A stretch of DNA of 63,640 nt, counting the filler, from Globobulimina sp. (lineage: Eukaryota), in the NCBI GenBank assembly GCA_003354225.1. It is 52 parts of 52 records of this genome, joined end to end, with 100 filler letters (N's around TTAATTAATTAA, not from the genome) between each part and the next. Parts side by side here need not be neighbours in the genome. Positions count along the whole stretch, not along the records: positions 61,291 to 62,415 come from PIVH01022892.1; positions 62,516 to 63,640 come from PIVH01022893.1; 50 more parts are not named here. One strand, 5' to 3'. Under the pieces are notes generated by a model. The model saw only the letters and a list, made by a program, of their open reading frames with translations, was not told the origin of the DNA and ran no database searches. Numbering within the stretch: position 1 is the first letter of the stretch; each line of letters begins with the position of its first letter. A program made the position numbers and the translations under genes. Of this stretch, positions 61,293 through 63,640 are shown piece after piece.

Positions 61293-62415
61293 AAAGAAGA
61301 AGAGTCGCCATATACATATCTAAAGTGTCAGAGACCCGAAATAGAAGCAATTCGCCAAAATAATTTAAAATATTTAGGCGAGTTTGATTATTTTATTGGA
61401 GAGAAATCGGATGGAATGAATGTGTTATGCTATATTACTCAAAATAGTGTGTACTTTGTCGACGAAGCATTTAATATTCGAATGGTTTCGGATGTATTTT
61501 ATTGTTCGCATGGTTTAACATCAATGAATAAATTAATATTATTCGATGGCGAACTGATTGTATCAAAGAGAACAAATAAATATCAAGAAAAATATATATT
61601 TTATCGTATAACAGATTGTGTTGCATTTGATGGTGAATCTGTTTCAAACCAAAATGTTGCACAAAGACATGTATATATTGATAAATTTATAAATAATTAT
61701 AATTTAAAATTGATTGAATACGCAAAACACAAAAATAAACTTAAAAAAGATAAAGAAGAATGGGAATTGGATAAATTTTGTGCCTATGAACCTTTTGATG
61801 AACAGGATACGCCAAAAAAGCGTTTATTACAAATATCGACTAAAATGGATAATAATTATCAACATACGCGTTCAATGAAAAATAAAATAATGAGTTTATG
61901 CAAAGGACAAGGTGTAAAATGTGGATTGCATTTGTTTGATGATGAAAAAATATCGATATCGCAATGTCATGAAAATGTATTAAATGCGATTGAATTGGAT
62001 GCCGTTTCCGTTTTATTCATAAAACAAAATATTTGCAAAGCAACAAAAGATAATTTACATAACTTATCGTTGCACATTAAATATTATGATGATTCAACTG
62101 ATGAGGAAGGCTATTTTTTTGTCGATCCGCAAACAGGGATTGAGACAAAAAACGATGGAATATTATTTATTCCGCGATATAGCGGCAACAGCAATGCAAA
62201 TATGATAAGAATATGGAAAACAAAGGACTTATTAACTGTGGATGTCAAACTCAAAATAGTTAGAAAAGAAACAGCAATATTGAAAAAAGGAAAAAATATG
62301 AATAATTTCATTGATTTGAATAAATTAAATCTTTATATTTATGATGACATAAAAGAAAAAGATGTATGGTTTAATAGTATTGATATGGGACAAAATGATG
62401 AAATAAATAGTCATA
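61293..62415 (+). CDS. mRNA capping enzyme-like guanylyltransferase domain, partial
   Basis: Motif I EKSDG, III LFDGELI, IV NDGILFIP, V IWK...TVD. Confidence 0.82.
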
Positions 62416-62723
62416 NNNNNNNNNNNNNNNNNNNNNNNNNNNNNNNNNNNNNNNNNNNNTTAATTAATTAANNNNNNNNNNNNNNNNNNNNNNNNNNNNN
62501 NNNNNNNNNNNNNNNGGATTTTTAATTGGCATTGATTGTCTGTTTGTTATTTGGGTTTTGCTATTATAGTCTCATTCATTTAAGAAAGGTGGGATGTGCC
62601 AACCAAATGAGACTGCCCGTATTGCGTTTGACACACAAATGCCTGTAATGTATACATAAAAAATATAAGTTTTCCGGTCTGTGATATTTGGCCGTAAGGT
62701 ATTAAAAATAAAGGAAAATTTTG

Positions 62724-63640
62724 ATGAAAACGAAAAGCGATGCATCTAAGAAAAAAATACAGCGGAAATCTGATAAATCATCCGGAGAGACGGAGAATTC
62801 ACAAATAACAAAGATGCAAAGACCTATGGATAGCGGTAGATTTTCCCGCAGTATTTTTGATATAGCACCGGATGGAATCGTTATCGTGGATGAAAAGGGC
62901 GTTTACCTTGATTCCAACCAGTCCTTCTGCCAGATGCTGGGGATTTCCTATAACGAGCTGATTGGGAAAAATGTCGAGGATTTTCTTACTCCTGATGACC
63001 GGCATCGAATGAGAAATGAGTTTATTTCAAAAATGCGCGTGTCCGGCCACGCAAAACTGGATTTTGCAGCCCTCCATAAAGACGGAACACCCATTCCAAT
63101 AGAGCTGACGGCCATTCGATTTTCATATGATACAAAAACAGTCGTTCTGACAATCGTTCACGATTTAAGAGATCGCAAAAAAAAAGATGCGGAACTCATT
63201 GCAAGTGAAGAACGTTATCGGATTCTGTCTGAAAATATAATGGAAGGTGTCATTGTCATTCAGGATGGCAGGATCAAGTTTGTTAACAATTTTTTTGTTA
63301 ATTTATTCGGATATCGATTAAAGAAAGAGGTCGTCGGGAAAAATTTAACAGAAATTTTTAACCGGGACATTCAGGATTATTTTGAAGGAGAACATGCGAT
63401 TTTTGAGAACGAGCCTTCGAATGAAAATATATTAGTCACCCGGGAACATTCACGGAATGGTAGTGAATTCTGGATAGAGGCAAGGGATAAAATCATTTCC
63501 TGGGAAGGTAAACCCGCCATACTGGCAACATTAAGAGATATTACCGAGAGCAAATTAAAACAAATTGCAATTGAGGAAGAACGGGACAATCTGTTCAGAG
63601 AAAATATCACATTGCGATCTTCAATGAACATGTTCCTATT
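62724..63640 (+). CDS. Bacterial PAS-PAS sensory protein, probably a sigma-54-dependent regulator, 3' partial
   Basis: AAGGA RBS; IFDIAPDGIVIVD...HDLRDRK and SEERYRILSEN...RDITERK; not in ORF track because there is no stop. Confidence 0.85.
   Translation, partial: MKTKSDASKKKIQRKSDKSSGETENSQITKMQRPMDSGRFSRSIFDIAPDGIVIVDEKGVYLDSNQSFCQMLGISYNELIGKNVEDFLTPDDRHRMRNEFISKMRVSGHAKLDFAALHKDGTPIPIELTAIRFSYDTKTVVLTIVHDLRDRKKKDAELIASEERYRILSENIMEGVIVIQDGRIKFVNNFFVNLFGYRLKKEVVGKNLTEIFNRDIQDYFEGEHAIFENEPSNENILVTREHSRNGSEFWIEARDKIISWEGKPAILATLRDITESKLKQIAIEEERDNLFRENITLRSSMNMFL

Noticed and set aside
62799..63631. Minus-strand ORFs of 68 and 84 aa
   Set aside because: Antisense to the PAS-PAS gene.

Overview
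This window is not one locus. It is a concatenation of 52 unrelated short contigs (1127 down to 1125 bp) joined by an artificial 100-bp spacer (N44-TTAATTAATTAA-N44), so gene neighbourhood is meaningless across spacers. Most contigs come from an AT-rich microbial eukaryote with short GT-AG introns (mostly 59-73 nt), many with GTT donors. The gene families (orphan 7TM, TLDc, SPRY, SAM, RCC1, HSPA12-like, ART/PARP) look foraminiferan/rhizarian-like, which is an inference. A few contigs are bacterial (GT4 glycosyltransferase plus acetyltransferase; SGNH hydrolase; PAS-PAS regulator). At least one looks metazoan (nematode-type serpentine receptor), and two are bacterial/other chimeras (asd, infC). 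Several genes missed or misread by the ORF track were reconstructed by hand: ATG8, an HSPA12-like gene, NTF2, TRM8, Cdc14, chitobiase and the PAS regulator. The most interesting signals are a frameshift-hidden tyrosine recombinase in contig 1 sharing a 93-bp identical segment with the Cdc14 upstream region, a DIRS/Ngaro-like RNase H-YR fragment, an RNase H LINE, a TIR element family seen in 3-4 contigs, two in-frame stops inside an apparently coding bacterial tail, a tRNA-Ala lacking G3:U70 and a divergent AlkB-like dioxygenase. No multi-gene novel system can be supported from fragments this short.
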